This document shows positions 1-10,504 of a stretch of DNA of 64,000 nucleotides, in pieces. Each line of letters starts with the position of its first letter. Position 1 is the stretch's first letter. Position numbers and translations under genes: made by a program. The stretch lies in NCBI GenBank assembly GCA_051531975.1, contig JAOPTT010000013.1, forward strand, positions 162,530 to 226,529, given 5' to 3'. Below the pieces are notes generated by a model, which worked only from the letters and a program-made list of their open reading frames with translations, did not search any database and was not told the DNA's origin. The DNA comes from Spirochaetaceae bacterium (GTDB taxonomy: Bacteria > Spirochaetota > Spirochaetia > DSM-2461).

Positions 1-437
1 GTATTGTTCCAGAATATCAAATCCCCAGGGTTTGGTACTTTTCTAGTATGAAGGAGGTTTTTTTTACTCATAACTGTATATAGTCGTCTTACACCATTTC
101 CACTTTCAGTTGAAATCTCAGCTAGAAGGTCTATACCTGCGGACCAAAATATACCATAAATTAAACCTGAGCAATCATTACTAAATTTTTTGTCGTGAAA
201 TAACAGAGTATCATTATAGTTAAAATTAATAGATTCTAATGCTGCCTCTACTACTTTCTGTTGTTTGCCTTTTAGATTATTAGTAATAACAGGGTTGCTT
301 CTAATCGTATCAGTATTGCTTTCATCGGTATGTGTTGAGCTTTCTTTAATCATTTGAATAGACATACAAGATGCCATTAAAAAGACAAGAACTGTTAGAG
401 ATAATAATTTAGTTACTGTATAACTCTTTATATTCAT
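1..437 (-). CDS. NlpC/P60 (C40-like) lipoprotein, 3'-truncated by window edge
   Basis: Not in the ORF track. Manual translation from ATG at 437 gives MNIKSYTVTKLLSLTVLVFLMASC (lipobox)...KFSNDCSGLIYGIF...VPNPGDLIFWNN, open to position 1. DCSG and PGDLIF are NlpC/P60 motifs. Confidence 0.8.
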   Translation of the reverse strand, partial: MNIKSYTVTKLLSLTVLVFLMASCMSIQMIKESSTHTDESNTDTIRSNPVITNNLKGKQQKVVEAALESINFNYNDTLLFHDKKFSNDCSGLIYGIFWSAGIDLLAEISTESGNGVRRLYTVMSKKNLLHTRKVPNPGDLIFWNN

Positions 438-858
438 AAACTGCATACCAATCTAATTTTAAGCTTTTTGTTAGAATTCGTCCAATTAATTGGACAAAAG
501 TAGGTAGAATTAAAATAAAACCTATAAAGCTACTAATAATTCCAGGAAATATTATTAAAAAAGAGCAGAAAAATAGTCCAGTAATCTTATAGAACTCATT
601 TTCTGGAAATACACCAATATCATGTTTGTCTTCCAATCTAGAAATCGTTCTTTTCAGCAGTTTAATTACGATCATTACACCGAATAGACTTAATGAAGCT
701 ATTACTGCAAGATAAAGATATATACCTACCATTTTTCCTAAAATGAAAAGGGCGAAAAAGTCAAAAATTGTAATTAAAGACAAAAATAAAATAGTGTATA
801 TATATCTGGAAATATTATCACGGTTTAATAATTTTAAAAGAAATTCTGTACTTAGCAT
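409..858 (-). CDS. fxsA: FxsA family membrane protein
   Basis: Short hydrophobic protein with LIIFPGIISSFIGFILILP, similar to the FxsA LLxPGxxTDxxG motif. Confidence 0.65.
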   Translation of the reverse strand: MLSTEFLLKLLNRDNISRYIYTILFLSLITIFDFFALFILGKMVGIYLYLAVIASLSLFGVMIVIKLLKRTISRLEDKHDIGVFPENEFYKITGLFFCSFLIIFPGIISSFIGFILILPTFVQLIGRILTKSLKLDWYAVYEYKELYSN

Positions 859-902
859 TTATATAAATTAACAGAATTATCAATAATCAGCAATATCTTT
901 AT

Positions 903-1673
903 CTACGTCTCTTTTTTTAATTCCCAATTATTTTTTTCTAACAGTATCATCTGTACAGCTCCTAGAGCAAAAGTTGTAGCTGTTTCAGCTCGTAATATAT
1001 TACTACCAAGAAGTGTTGGAGAAAAATTATGTCTTTGAAGAAGTTTTACCTCTTTTGTTGATAAGCCACCTTCTGGACCAATAACAAGAATAACTCTGTT
1101 TTCTGCCATAAACAGAGAGTTATGTAATGTTTTATTCTCTAATGGAATTTGATGAAAAAATAGTCCTGTAAATTTTGTATCTTCTGTATCTAGTTTTATT
1201 AAAGCTTCATCAAAAGTTTGTATTGGTTCAATTTTTGTTATATTTTTTGTACCACTTTGTTGAGTAGCTTCTTTAACTATTTTTTCCCATCGTTCTCTTT
1301 TTTTCTTTTTATCTTCAGCTGTTTTAAAGACTGGAATACTGTGCTCTGCCATAATTGGGACAAATGATGTTACACCAATTTCAACTGCTTGTCTTATCAT
1401 TAAGTCTATTTTTTTACCTTTTGGGATTGATTGAAATAGTATTAATTGGTTAATAACTTTAGCTGAGTCCTCTTTTTTTACTAATTCTAGATTACATTTT
1501 TCTGATACTGTTGAGATTATTGTTCCACAATACCTATTTTCATGTTGATCCATTATATCCAAAGAGTAACCAATGCTTTTTCTCTGAACTCTAAGTAGAT
1601 AGTGGCTATCTTCTTCTGAAAGTGTAAAAAACTTTTCTCCATTGTACTCTTTAGGTAGTATTAGTTGTTTCAT
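903..1673 (-). CDS. rsmE: 16S rRNA m3U1498 methyltransferase
   Basis: HYLLRVQR, EATQQS, IGPEGGLS, LGSNILRAETA motifs. Confidence 0.95.
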   Translation of the reverse strand: MKQLILPKEYNGEKFFTLSEEDSHYLLRVQRKSIGYSLDIMDQHENRYCGTIISTVSEKCNLELVKKEDSAKVINQLILFQSIPKGKKIDLMIRQAVEIGVTSFVPIMAEHSIPVFKTAEDKKKKRERWEKIVKEATQQSGTKNITKIEPIQTFDEALIKLDTEDTKFTGLFFHQIPLENKTLHNSLFMAENRVILVIGPEGGLSTKEVKLLQRHNFSPTLLGSNILRAETATTFALGAVQMILLEKNNWELKKET

Positions 1674-1674
1674 G

Positions 1675-3129
1675 TTAATTTAAAACCTCAAGAGCTTTAA
1701 TTAGGGGCTGATCATTATTAATGTCGTATATTGGAGGATTCTCTAGGTATCTGTTTGCCCTAACTCTAATTTCATAAATTAAAAAATCCTTAGGAAGAAT
1801 ATATCCCTGTTTTATAATAGAGTCAGCTAATGCTATAATCATCTCTTCAGAAATGTTTTTTTCATTAAGTATGAAGTTTCCAATTATTCTCTCATCTAAT
1901 AGTTTAATATAATCAAGAACTTCATCTTCTGTTAAACTTGCTAATGTTGTTTCTTGAACCTCTATATCTGGCTCTATACCTTGTTTATCAATAGTTACAC
2001 CATTTGGAGAGTAGAATCTAGCAACAGTCATTTTAAAACCTCCATCACCAAAGTATCTCATCTGTTGTACAGAACCTTTTCCAAATGATTTTGTTCCAAT
2101 TACAGTTCCACGTTCTCTATCTTTAATTGCCCCTGTAAGTATTTCAGAAGCTGATGCAGACCCGTTATTAATAAGTATAACCAGAGGTAAATCTTCAGGA
2201 ATTATAATATCAGGATTTGCAATAAAGTCTTCATTTTCATCTTCAATTCTTGATTTTGTTGAGACAATTATACCTCCTGAGAATATAAAATCAGCAATAT
2301 CGTTTACTGAATTTAATAAACCTCCAGGATTATTTCTAACATCAAATATAATTCCTTTTATATTTTGTGAGTTGAAATCGTTTAATACATCTTCTATCTG
2401 GGTTGCTGAATGGTGAGTGAATTGAGAAATCTTCAGGTATCCAATATCGTCAATAATTGCACTTTTAATAGTTGGAATTTCAATAACTGCTCTAGTTATT
2501 GTCACATCAAAATTTATACTTCTATCTCTTAGTATTGAGATTGTTACATCTGTTCCTGGCTTTCCTCTTAATCGATCTAGAACATCGTCAGAAGTTAAAT
2601 CAATTGTGGATTCTTCTTCTATATGAGTAATGTAGTCTCCTGCTTTTAGTCCTTTTTTATATGCTGGAGTCCCATGAATTGGAGATATAATTTTTACATA
2701 TGGTAATTCTTGACTTTTTGTCTCAGTATTTAGTCCAACAATCTGTTTTTGAATATGTATTCCTAGTCCACCAAATTCTCCTTCTGTTGTATCAGTAAGG
2801 TCCAAAAGTTGAGATTTACTTAAATATGTTGAGTGTGGATCACCTAAACTATTAAATAATCCAGTCATTGCACCTTCAAATAGCTGGTCTGGAGAGACCT
2901 CATCGACATAATTAGATAAAATATATTGGAAAACACTTTGAAACATAGCTGCATATTCACTGTTTGTAATTTTAATTTCCTGAATCTTTTCAATAGGCTG
3001 TTGTGGTTCTGTGGTATCTATCTCAATTTCATTATTTGTAGTAGATGAGATTGGTGTTGTTATTGTGAATAAAAGAATGATTATAAAGACTTTTATTGTA
3101 GGTATATTGTTTCTTTTCTTTTTTAACAT
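1675..3129 (-). CDS. ctpA: S41 carboxy-terminal processing protease (PDZ)
   Basis: Signal peptide; GEFGGLGI PDZ; DVRNNPGGLL; SASASEI catalytic Ser; SFGKGSVQ Lys. Confidence 0.93.
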   Translation of the reverse strand: MLKKKRNNIPTIKVFIIILLFTITTPISSTTNNEIEIDTTEPQQPIEKIQEIKITNSEYAAMFQSVFQYILSNYVDEVSPDQLFEGAMTGLFNSLGDPHSTYLSKSQLLDLTDTTEGEFGGLGIHIQKQIVGLNTETKSQELPYVKIISPIHGTPAYKKGLKAGDYITHIEEESTIDLTSDDVLDRLRGKPGTDVTISILRDRSINFDVTITRAVIEIPTIKSAIIDDIGYLKISQFTHHSATQIEDVLNDFNSQNIKGIIFDVRNNPGGLLNSVNDIADFIFSGGIIVSTKSRIEDENEDFIANPDIIIPEDLPLVILINNGSASASEILTGAIKDRERGTVIGTKSFGKGSVQQMRYFGDGGFKMTVARFYSPNGVTIDKQGIEPDIEVQETTLASLTEDEVLDYIKLLDERIIGNFILNEKNISEEMIIALADSIIKQGYILPKDFLIYEIRVRANRYLENPPIYDINNDQPLIKALEVLN

Positions 3130-3259
3130 GATTTTACTTCCTTATGTATAATAATTGAAATTGAAAGACATCTTGTCAATTACATATTATAAAATATGTA
3201 TTCTTTTCTTATTTTATATAATGTCATATACTGTAAATCACAATATCTAGGAGGTTTTA

Positions 3260-4402
3260 ATGCATATAATACCCATAGCCAGTGGAAAAGGTGGAGTAGG
3301 TAAGTCTTTAGTGGCTGCAAACCTTTCGATTGCATTAGCACAAACAGGTCGAAAAATTGTAATTGTAGACCTTGATCTTGGTGGTTCAAATCTTCATGTG
3401 ATATTAGGGCAAATGGGTTCATTAAAAGGTATTGGAACCTATATGACTAATCCTGAATTAACTTTCGATGATATTATTTTAGAAACATCATATAAAAATC
3501 TTAGCTTTATTGCAGGAGAAGCAGAAGTTCCTGGTATGGCAAACTTAAAAGTCTCACAGAAAAAAAAGATTATATCAAAACTTCTTAAAATTGAAGCTGA
3601 TTATTTAATTATCGACTTAGGTGCTGGTACTTCATTGGACATTATGGATTTCTTTTTAATGTCAGGGCGAGGGTTAATAGTGACCAGTCCTACTTTAACA
3701 GCAAATCTGAACGCTTATTTGTTTTTGAAAAATGTCTCATTTAGAGTTCTTCATAACTGTTTTCCTCCTAAAAGTGCTGGAGGCAAGTATTTAACTCAAC
3801 TAAAAAAAGATGGTCACTCTATGCAACGGGTTTATATTCCTAAATTAGTAGAGCAGTTAGAAAAGATTGATCCTGAAAATTGTGAAATATATAGAAATAA
3901 AATTGTAGGTCTAAGACCTCGATTGATACTAAATATGATGGAAGAACCTAAGGATGCATCAAAAGCTTCAAAGCTTAGACTATCTTCTAGAGAATATTTA
4001 GGATTAGATATGGAGCATCTTGGTGTTATATATAGAGATGATGTACAAATAAAAGCTTTAAATTCTAGGCTACCTGTAATAAAATATAAACCAGGGTCAG
4101 TTCTTAGTCAGGCAATTTACAGAATTGCCGATAAATTAATTGAAGAAGAGGATTTAGAAGACGATACTATATTTAGTAATGATCTTGATAATAGTTATAA
4201 AGAGGCTGAATTAGAGGCTGAAACTGATTTTGAGTCAAGAATGGAGTTTTTAGGTGATCTGCTTTATACAGAAAATTTATCTGTAAGTGATTTGATAGAA
4301 ACTGTTAAATCACAGCAGTATGAAATTAGTCAGTTAAAAAAAGAAAATAATTTATTAAAGAGTAAATTAGTTAAATTTTTAAAAAATGGAAATGTAATTT
4401 AG
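3260..4402 (+). CDS. MinD/FlhG-family P-loop ATPase with acidic and coiled-coil C-terminal extension
   Basis: Deviant Walker A SGKGGVGKS, VDLDLGGSNLH, IIDLGAG; SD GGAGG upstream. Confidence 0.85.
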   Translation: MHIIPIASGKGGVGKSLVAANLSIALAQTGRKIVIVDLDLGGSNLHVILGQMGSLKGIGTYMTNPELTFDDIILETSYKNLSFIAGEAEVPGMANLKVSQKKKIISKLLKIEADYLIIDLGAGTSLDIMDFFLMSGRGLIVTSPTLTANLNAYLFLKNVSFRVLHNCFPPKSAGGKYLTQLKKDGHSMQRVYIPKLVEQLEKIDPENCEIYRNKIVGLRPRLILNMMEEPKDASKASKLRLSSREYLGLDMEHLGVIYRDDVQIKALNSRLPVIKYKPGSVLSQAIYRIADKLIEEEDLEDDTIFSNDLDNSYKEAELEAETDFESRMEFLGDLLYTENLSVSDLIETVKSQQYEISQLKKENNLLKSKLVKFLKNGNVI

Positions 4403-4408
4403 GAACGT

Positions 4409-7201
4409 ATGAAAGAGAGCATTCGAGGAAGTGTTAAAATAAGGATCTCAGATAATGAAATGACTGCTTATATAGATTATAAGAAGTCTGAAGTAGTATT
4501 TGAGTGGAGTGATAGAGCTATTAAAAATCTTTTAAAATCTGCTGGTGTAAAAAAAGGTTTTAAAGTTTTTCAATTTTCTAGAATTCTAAAAAAAATAAAC
4601 ACATCCACTGAAGATTGCACATATGAGATTGCCAGTGGACTAGAGCCTAGTTCAGGAGTAAGAGCCTGCTATCATTTTACAGAAAAAGTTATGCCAAAAA
4701 CCCTCGAGGAGACTTATAACAACCTGAATGACAGTCTAAGTAAACCAGATGTTTTTACTGTGTTAGAAGGTAAAGTTTTAGGTACAGAACCGGATAAAAT
4801 CTCTTATGATATTTTAAATAGTTATTACGTAGATAAACATGAAACTATTGCCACTATTGATTTAGAAAGTAAAAATACGCCTGGTTTTACTGTTACTGGA
4901 AAAGATTTAGATCCAAAAGAGGATGAATCAGATAAGATCTTTTGTGTAAGTAGAGATATAAAGATAAAAGAAAACAGACTTGTAACATCAGGAAGTGGTT
5001 TTTTGCGTATAGGAAAAAACTGGGTAGATATCATACCTTTTAAAGGGCATGTTATAGATATACAACCAAGTGATGATTATGCAGAATACTTTATATCATT
5101 TACTCCAGGAAGTGTGGACGCTCCGGCACCTGAGTACGATGATATTCTCAATAATTTTGTAAACATAGATTACCCATTAGACCATCTTTTAGATGAAAAA
5201 ACGTTAATTCCATTTTTAAAAAAAGCAGTTAAAGCTGAAAAAACTGTAAAGATATCTTTAACAAAAAAGAAGAAAGCAAAAATGGAGATAGAGGTTAATC
5301 CAACTAAAACTCAAGCTTCTTTAATTTTGGAGAAAGGTGCAGGTCCTGGACAAAAACTATCATTGAAAGCGATAGGTGCTCTTATTAGAGAGAGTAAAAT
5401 TAAAGGTATGAACCTCGATCTTTTGAAAAAGAGGATCTTAGAGTTCTATAAAAGTAAAAACTTAAAGTTAGATTACACTATATTGGAAGGAAAACCTGCA
5501 ACTAGAGGTGAAGCTAGAAGACTCAAATATCAAAAAGAGTTTGTTCCTGTAGATAAGATTGAAGGATTAATTTCAAGAATAAGCCAAGATCAACAGGCAT
5601 TTTATCCTTCTTTTAAGTCATTTGATAAAGATGATATTACATCTGGAATAATTGTAGCAAAGGGTTTTGAATTTGCTTTATTAACAGAACAAATTCCTGG
5701 AGATGATGGTACCGATATTTATGGTAAAAAGATTAAGGGTCTTGTTGGTAATGACCCAATAATTGAGACTTTTGAAAATATATCAATAAAGCAGAATAAA
5801 TATATTTCAGAGATAGATGGTATATTAGATATTGGAGATGTTGATGGAGTTACATATTTAAGGGTTCGAGAACATAAAGATATGTATGTTGATGTAATCT
5901 TATCAGCAGATGCTATGAGTGCATCTTTAACATTTTATAAGTCTGAGGGTTCAGGAGAAGATGCATCAATTGATTTTATAAATGAACAGATTGAAGAATC
6001 AGGAGTTGTAAAAGGTATTCATGAAGAAGTTATAAAAGAATCTTTTGAAAATTTTGAAAATGGAGAACTCGTATCTGAAATAGTTTTTGCAAAAGGTCAA
6101 ATTCCAACTGATAAAAAGAGTAGTCAATTAAAGTACTTTAATGGTAATGGTCAAAATAGGTTTTCCTACGAGATAGAGAAAGGTTCTTCTATAGCCCAGA
6201 TTTTTCCTTCAAAAGAGAGTGCAGAAGATGGGTATGATGTTTTGGGTACTATAATGGAGTCATCTGGAGTAATTTCATTAGACCTTAAAATAGGAGATTA
6301 TATATCTGAAGAAAAACAAGAAGATGAATCTATAATACTAAAAGCTGATATAAATGGTGAGTTGAAAGTAGATGATAATTCTGTCGCTATAGTTGATAAG
6401 AAGGTATTACCTGGCGATGTTAATGTAAAAACTGGAAGCATTAAAACTTTGTGTTCTTTGGTTGTAAAAGGCAGTGTTTATTCATCACTTTATGTTGTTT
6501 CCGGTGGAAATATAAAAATTATGGGAACTGTTCAGGGAGCATTAATTAGTGCGGATAAAAACATCATAATCGCACAAGGTGTAAAAGGTGAAGATAAAGC
6601 AGTTCTTAGGGCAAAAGAGAAAATTGATGTTAAATTTATAGAGAAAGCCAATATGATGGCTGTTGATGATATTCATATTAGGAAGGCTGCTCTTCATACA
6701 AAGATAATTTGTAATGGTAAAATCTTATTAGATAAAAATGGTTCTAAAATAGTTGGTGGAGAAACATATACTAGAAAAGGACTATCTGTTGATGAAATAG
6801 GTTCTCCAGCTTCTGGCAAAACTCTGATTTCTTTTGGACAAGACTATTTGGTTGCGGATAAAATAAAAGTATTTGAAGGTGATATTGATAATATTCAACA
6901 AGATCTTCTTAAAATTGATCAGATATTACATAAGCCCACTGGTCACCATAATTCAGACAAAATAAATCATTTAAGAAAGCAGAAAGTTTTTTTAATGAAG
7001 AAACTTGAAAAGAAAAATATGAAGCTATTTTTATTAAGAGAAAAATTTGAAGAACACTCCCCTTCTGAAATTACTATTAGAAAAAAAATATACCCTGGTG
7101 CAATATTTGAATCTCATGGTAGAAAGCTAGAAATAATAGATGAACAATCAAAATGTAAAATAAAATTTAACCCAAATACTGGGCAGATAGAACAAACATA
7201 A
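4409..7201 (+). CDS. FapA/DUF342 family protein (expanded)
   Basis: GDVNVKTGSI, beta-helix-like region, IVGGET and IYPGAIF, typical of DUF342; repeated N-terminal modules (DNEMTAYI, TKTQASL, DAMSASL). Confidence 0.8.
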   Translation: MKESIRGSVKIRISDNEMTAYIDYKKSEVVFEWSDRAIKNLLKSAGVKKGFKVFQFSRILKKINTSTEDCTYEIASGLEPSSGVRACYHFTEKVMPKTLEETYNNLNDSLSKPDVFTVLEGKVLGTEPDKISYDILNSYYVDKHETIATIDLESKNTPGFTVTGKDLDPKEDESDKIFCVSRDIKIKENRLVTSGSGFLRIGKNWVDIIPFKGHVIDIQPSDDYAEYFISFTPGSVDAPAPEYDDILNNFVNIDYPLDHLLDEKTLIPFLKKAVKAEKTVKISLTKKKKAKMEIEVNPTKTQASLILEKGAGPGQKLSLKAIGALIRESKIKGMNLDLLKKRILEFYKSKNLKLDYTILEGKPATRGEARRLKYQKEFVPVDKIEGLISRISQDQQAFYPSFKSFDKDDITSGIIVAKGFEFALLTEQIPGDDGTDIYGKKIKGLVGNDPIIETFENISIKQNKYISEIDGILDIGDVDGVTYLRVREHKDMYVDVILSADAMSASLTFYKSEGSGEDASIDFINEQIEESGVVKGIHEEVIKESFENFENGELVSEIVFAKGQIPTDKKSSQLKYFNGNGQNRFSYEIEKGSSIAQIFPSKESAEDGYDVLGTIMESSGVISLDLKIGDYISEEKQEDESIILKADINGELKVDDNSVAIVDKKVLPGDVNVKTGSIKTLCSLVVKGSVYSSLYVVSGGNIKIMGTVQGALISADKNIIIAQGVKGEDKAVLRAKEKIDVKFIEKANMMAVDDIHIRKAALHTKIICNGKILLDKNGSKIVGGETYTRKGLSVDEIGSPASGKTLISFGQDYLVADKIKVFEGDIDNIQQDLLKIDQILHKPTGHHNSDKINHLRKQKVFLMKKLEKKNMKLFLLREKFEEHSPSEITIRKKIYPGAIFESHGRKLEIIDEQSKCKIKFNPNTGQIEQT

Positions 7202-7216
7202 TTCAAAGGAGAATTA

Positions 7217-8188
7217 ATGACACTATTTTATTATATAAACTATCCTGAGTGGATAACACCCGAGATAATACCAGGGTTTTTTGTACGTTGGTACGCTGTA
7301 ATGTATCTTGTTGTATTAGTTCTTACTCAAGTATTGTTTTTAAAACTGATAAAAAAAGATAAATATAATATAAGCAAAGAAGTTGCAACTGATTATATCT
7401 TTTATTTAATGATTGGTTTAATAGTTGGAGCTCGTATTTTTTCTACACTGTTCTATGAAACAGATGATTATTATAGAAATGCGCCTTGGTTAATCTTTTG
7501 GCCATTTAGAAATGGTAGTTTTGTAGGGTTTCAGGGAATGTCATACCATGGAGGTGTTATTGGTGGAATTGTTACAGCAATAATATTTAGTAAAGTAAAA
7601 AAAGTAAATTTCCTCGATATGGCAGATTATCTAGTTACTGCAGGACCCTTAGGGTTTACATTTGGTAGAATAGGTAACTTTATAAATGGTGAGCTTTATG
7701 GCCGAATAACTCAATCATCTGTGGGGATGGTCTTTAAAACAACTCCTATAAGTCATAGGTTTAAGGCCTCTGAGCAGTGGGTGCAAGATTATGCAGCTAA
7801 AATAGGTATGGATATTTCAAATCAAACAATTGTTAATTTACCAAGACACCCTTCTCAGCTTTATGAAGCATTTTTTGAGGGAGTTTTTATTTGGTATATT
7901 ATGTGGTTTATATTAAGGAAATTAAAAACGTTTAAAGGCTTTTTACTTTCTATGTATTTCATTCTTTTTGGTACATTAAGATTTATTGTTGAATATTTTA
8001 GACAACCTGACGATGGCTTAGACTTTCCAATTCATTTAGGTCCACCTTCTGGAAATTATGAATTTAAATCATTATTAAATATTACAGCAGGGCAGATTTT
8101 TTCTTTTTATATGGTTATTGCTGGAATTATACTTTTAATTGGATTCAAAATTTATGATAGGAAAGTTACTCAAAGAAGCATAAAATGA
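7217..8188 (+). CDS. lgt: Prolipoprotein diacylglyceryl transferase
   Basis: RWYAVMY, GMSYHGG, GRIGNFINGELYGR, RHPSQLYEA, RFIVEYFR. Confidence 0.97.
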   Translation: MTLFYYINYPEWITPEIIPGFFVRWYAVMYLVVLVLTQVLFLKLIKKDKYNISKEVATDYIFYLMIGLIVGARIFSTLFYETDDYYRNAPWLIFWPFRNGSFVGFQGMSYHGGVIGGIVTAIIFSKVKKVNFLDMADYLVTAGPLGFTFGRIGNFINGELYGRITQSSVGMVFKTTPISHRFKASEQWVQDYAAKIGMDISNQTIVNLPRHPSQLYEAFFEGVFIWYIMWFILRKLKTFKGFLLSMYFILFGTLRFIVEYFRQPDDGLDFPIHLGPPSGNYEFKSLLNITAGQIFSFYMVIAGIILLIGFKIYDRKVTQRSIK

Positions 8189-9339
8189 AAAGAATAAGCA
8201 TCACTTCTGTTATTTTATTATTAATTTTATGTGAAATTAATGCAGAAGTTGTTGGCGTTCCAAAGTATGATTATTCTATTAACCCATTAATAGGTTCTGT
8301 TTTACAGGACTTTGAAGAGGAATCTACACTTTCATGGTTGTCAGAAGACTATGGGGTTGCTTTATCAATAAAAGCGTGGGAAGGTTCAACATTCTCTGAT
8401 GTTACTGCAATGTTTAATGAGTTAACAGAAGGTTTTAATGCTGCCGGTGATTGTGTCAAATTCGATTACTTAGATATGCAAGGTGTTATCGGTGAAGTTA
8501 CTTTCCCTGTTTCTGGGGTAAATAATAAAGGTTGGATAATATTCCTAAATGGTTCAAAATTTGATTATTATCTTATAAGCTTTACGTTAGAAGATAATTA
8601 TCGTGAGTATTATAGCGAAATTCAGTCAGTTTTAGATAGTTTTTCTTCTAGTTCTGAAGGGGCATTACGCCCTGGACCTGTTAGTGCGTTTTATGATCAA
8701 TCACCAACAAATGTTAATCAGGATTATACTGTTGATTTTTTTGATAACAAATTAGAAATAAAATCTTCCAAATATAGCTTTACGACTTCTCAAACTGCTA
8801 TCGAAAGAGAAGCTAACGTTATGCTAAACTATAGTAATAATCCAGAACTTTTTTACAAAGCATGGTCCCGTTATTATAAGTTGATATTTAGAGATAACTA
8901 TTCAAGACTTGAACCTGTATATCAGGGTTTATATCCCTATTTTGCAAATGATAAGTATACCGATTATGAACTTACAGAACTTTTAATGTTTTGGATACAA
9001 GGTTATACTTATGCCCGTAGTTTAGAAAGTGCTTCTGACCTTTTAAATCCAATTGAAGCAGCTTTAACAAAAACTGGAGATTGTGATTCAAGGTCACTCA
9101 TTTTAGGTATCTTATTACACAAGTTTGGTATAAATAGTATTTTACTGACATCAGAAAAGGTAAAACATGCTTTACTTGCAGTAAATTGTCCTGGAGAAGG
9201 CGCAACATATGAATATAATGGAAAAAAGTATCTTACAGTTGAATTAACTGCTAAAATGTTAATTGGAGAAATAAGTGAAAAACATTCTGATCTTAGTTTG
9301 TGGACACCTGTAGAGATGGAGTATACAAATGGATATTAA
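8185..9339 (+). CDS. Secreted protein with C-terminal transglutaminase-like domain
   Basis: Signal peptide; GDCDSRS...HALLAV...VELT suggests a Cys-His-acid triad. Confidence 0.6.
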   Translation: MKRISITSVILLLILCEINAEVVGVPKYDYSINPLIGSVLQDFEEESTLSWLSEDYGVALSIKAWEGSTFSDVTAMFNELTEGFNAAGDCVKFDYLDMQGVIGEVTFPVSGVNNKGWIIFLNGSKFDYYLISFTLEDNYREYYSEIQSVLDSFSSSSEGALRPGPVSAFYDQSPTNVNQDYTVDFFDNKLEIKSSKYSFTTSQTAIEREANVMLNYSNNPELFYKAWSRYYKLIFRDNYSRLEPVYQGLYPYFANDKYTDYELTELLMFWIQGYTYARSLESASDLLNPIEAALTKTGDCDSRSLILGILLHKFGINSILLTSEKVKHALLAVNCPGEGATYEYNGKKYLTVELTAKMLIGEISEKHSDLSLWTPVEMEYTNGY

Positions 9340-10504
9340 AAAGATTAAAAGAGATATGAATGCAACATTTCGTAGATCACGTTTTATTTTACCTCTGTTA
9401 ATTGTAACAGTAATTATATGGCTTTTTGGTTTTATTATATTTGTTTTAGAAAGTAGACATGGCAACCCAGCTTTTTCATCACTTTTTGATGGTATTTGGG
9501 CAGCGATAATTACACTTAGTTCAACAGGTTATGGTATTAAAGTTGCTGAATCTTTACCGGGGAAAATATTTACATTTGTAATTATATTTTTTGGAATTGG
9601 TTTAACCAGTTATTTAGCAGGGGCATTTGCTTCCCTGTTTGTTGATAGAAACTCAAAAGCAAGGAGAGGTTTAATGGAATACCCCAATATGAAAAATCAT
9701 CTAGTTATTTGTGGGTGGTCTAGAAGAATGAAGGAAATTCTTTCCTATATTATAGAAGAATCAGATGATATTCATTCAAGTGAAATTATCCTACTAAATA
9801 ATGCAGATCCAGAGCAAATAGAACTTGTTAGAGAGCATAAATTATTGGCTGATATAAAATTTGTAAGAGGGGAGTTTTTTGCTCCTACTCATCTAAATAG
9901 GGCAAATATTAAAGATGCTAGGAAAGTTATAGTATTAGCTGATACTTTAATAAAAACTTCATTTGCAGAAATTGATTCAAAAACAATAATGACTGTTATG
10001 ACAATTAAATCTATTTCTAGAGATACCTATGTTTGTGCAGAATTATTAGATAAAAAATATGAAGCTAACTTAAAACAAGCTTCATGTGATGAAATACTCT
10101 TAAGCCGTGAGATGGCAAAAAATATAGTAGCAAATGCTACAATATCTCAGGGGATGTCCCATATAATAAATGATCTATTAAGTGGTGAAGACTCTCTTTT
10201 AAAAACCATGGATATTCCTGTAAAATTTATAGGAAAAGAGTATTCAAGCTTTTTAAAAGAAGTAACCAAAAATGGATTAGTTGTTCTAGGTGTATTAGAA
10301 AATGCGGTACCTGTAAATATAATGAAAATGGAAGCACTTCGGGAAGCTCAGAAAACTACAGATATCTCAGCATTAGTTCAAAACTTAAAAGATGTAAAAG
10401 TCATGAGTGTAAATAATCCCTATTTTGCACCATCTAAGGATTATCTAATAAAAAAATACTCTATGGCTATAGTTTTAGAAAGGGTGGCTCATGATGAAGA
10501 ATAA
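9329..10504 (+). CDS. 2-TM potassium channel with RCK/TrkA-N domain
   Basis: Pore helix plus TLSSTGYG filter; NHLVICGW Rossmann-like RCK; RANIKDA and CAELLD. Confidence 0.85.
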   Translation: MDIKKIKRDMNATFRRSRFILPLLIVTVIIWLFGFIIFVLESRHGNPAFSSLFDGIWAAIITLSSTGYGIKVAESLPGKIFTFVIIFFGIGLTSYLAGAFASLFVDRNSKARRGLMEYPNMKNHLVICGWSRRMKEILSYIIEESDDIHSSEIILLNNADPEQIELVREHKLLADIKFVRGEFFAPTHLNRANIKDARKVIVLADTLIKTSFAEIDSKTIMTVMTIKSISRDTYVCAELLDKKYEANLKQASCDEILLSREMAKNIVANATISQGMSHIINDLLSGEDSLLKTMDIPVKFIGKEYSSFLKEVTKNGLVVLGVLENAVPVNIMKMEALREAQKTTDISALVQNLKDVKVMSVNNPYFAPSKDYLIKKYSMAIVLERVAHDEE

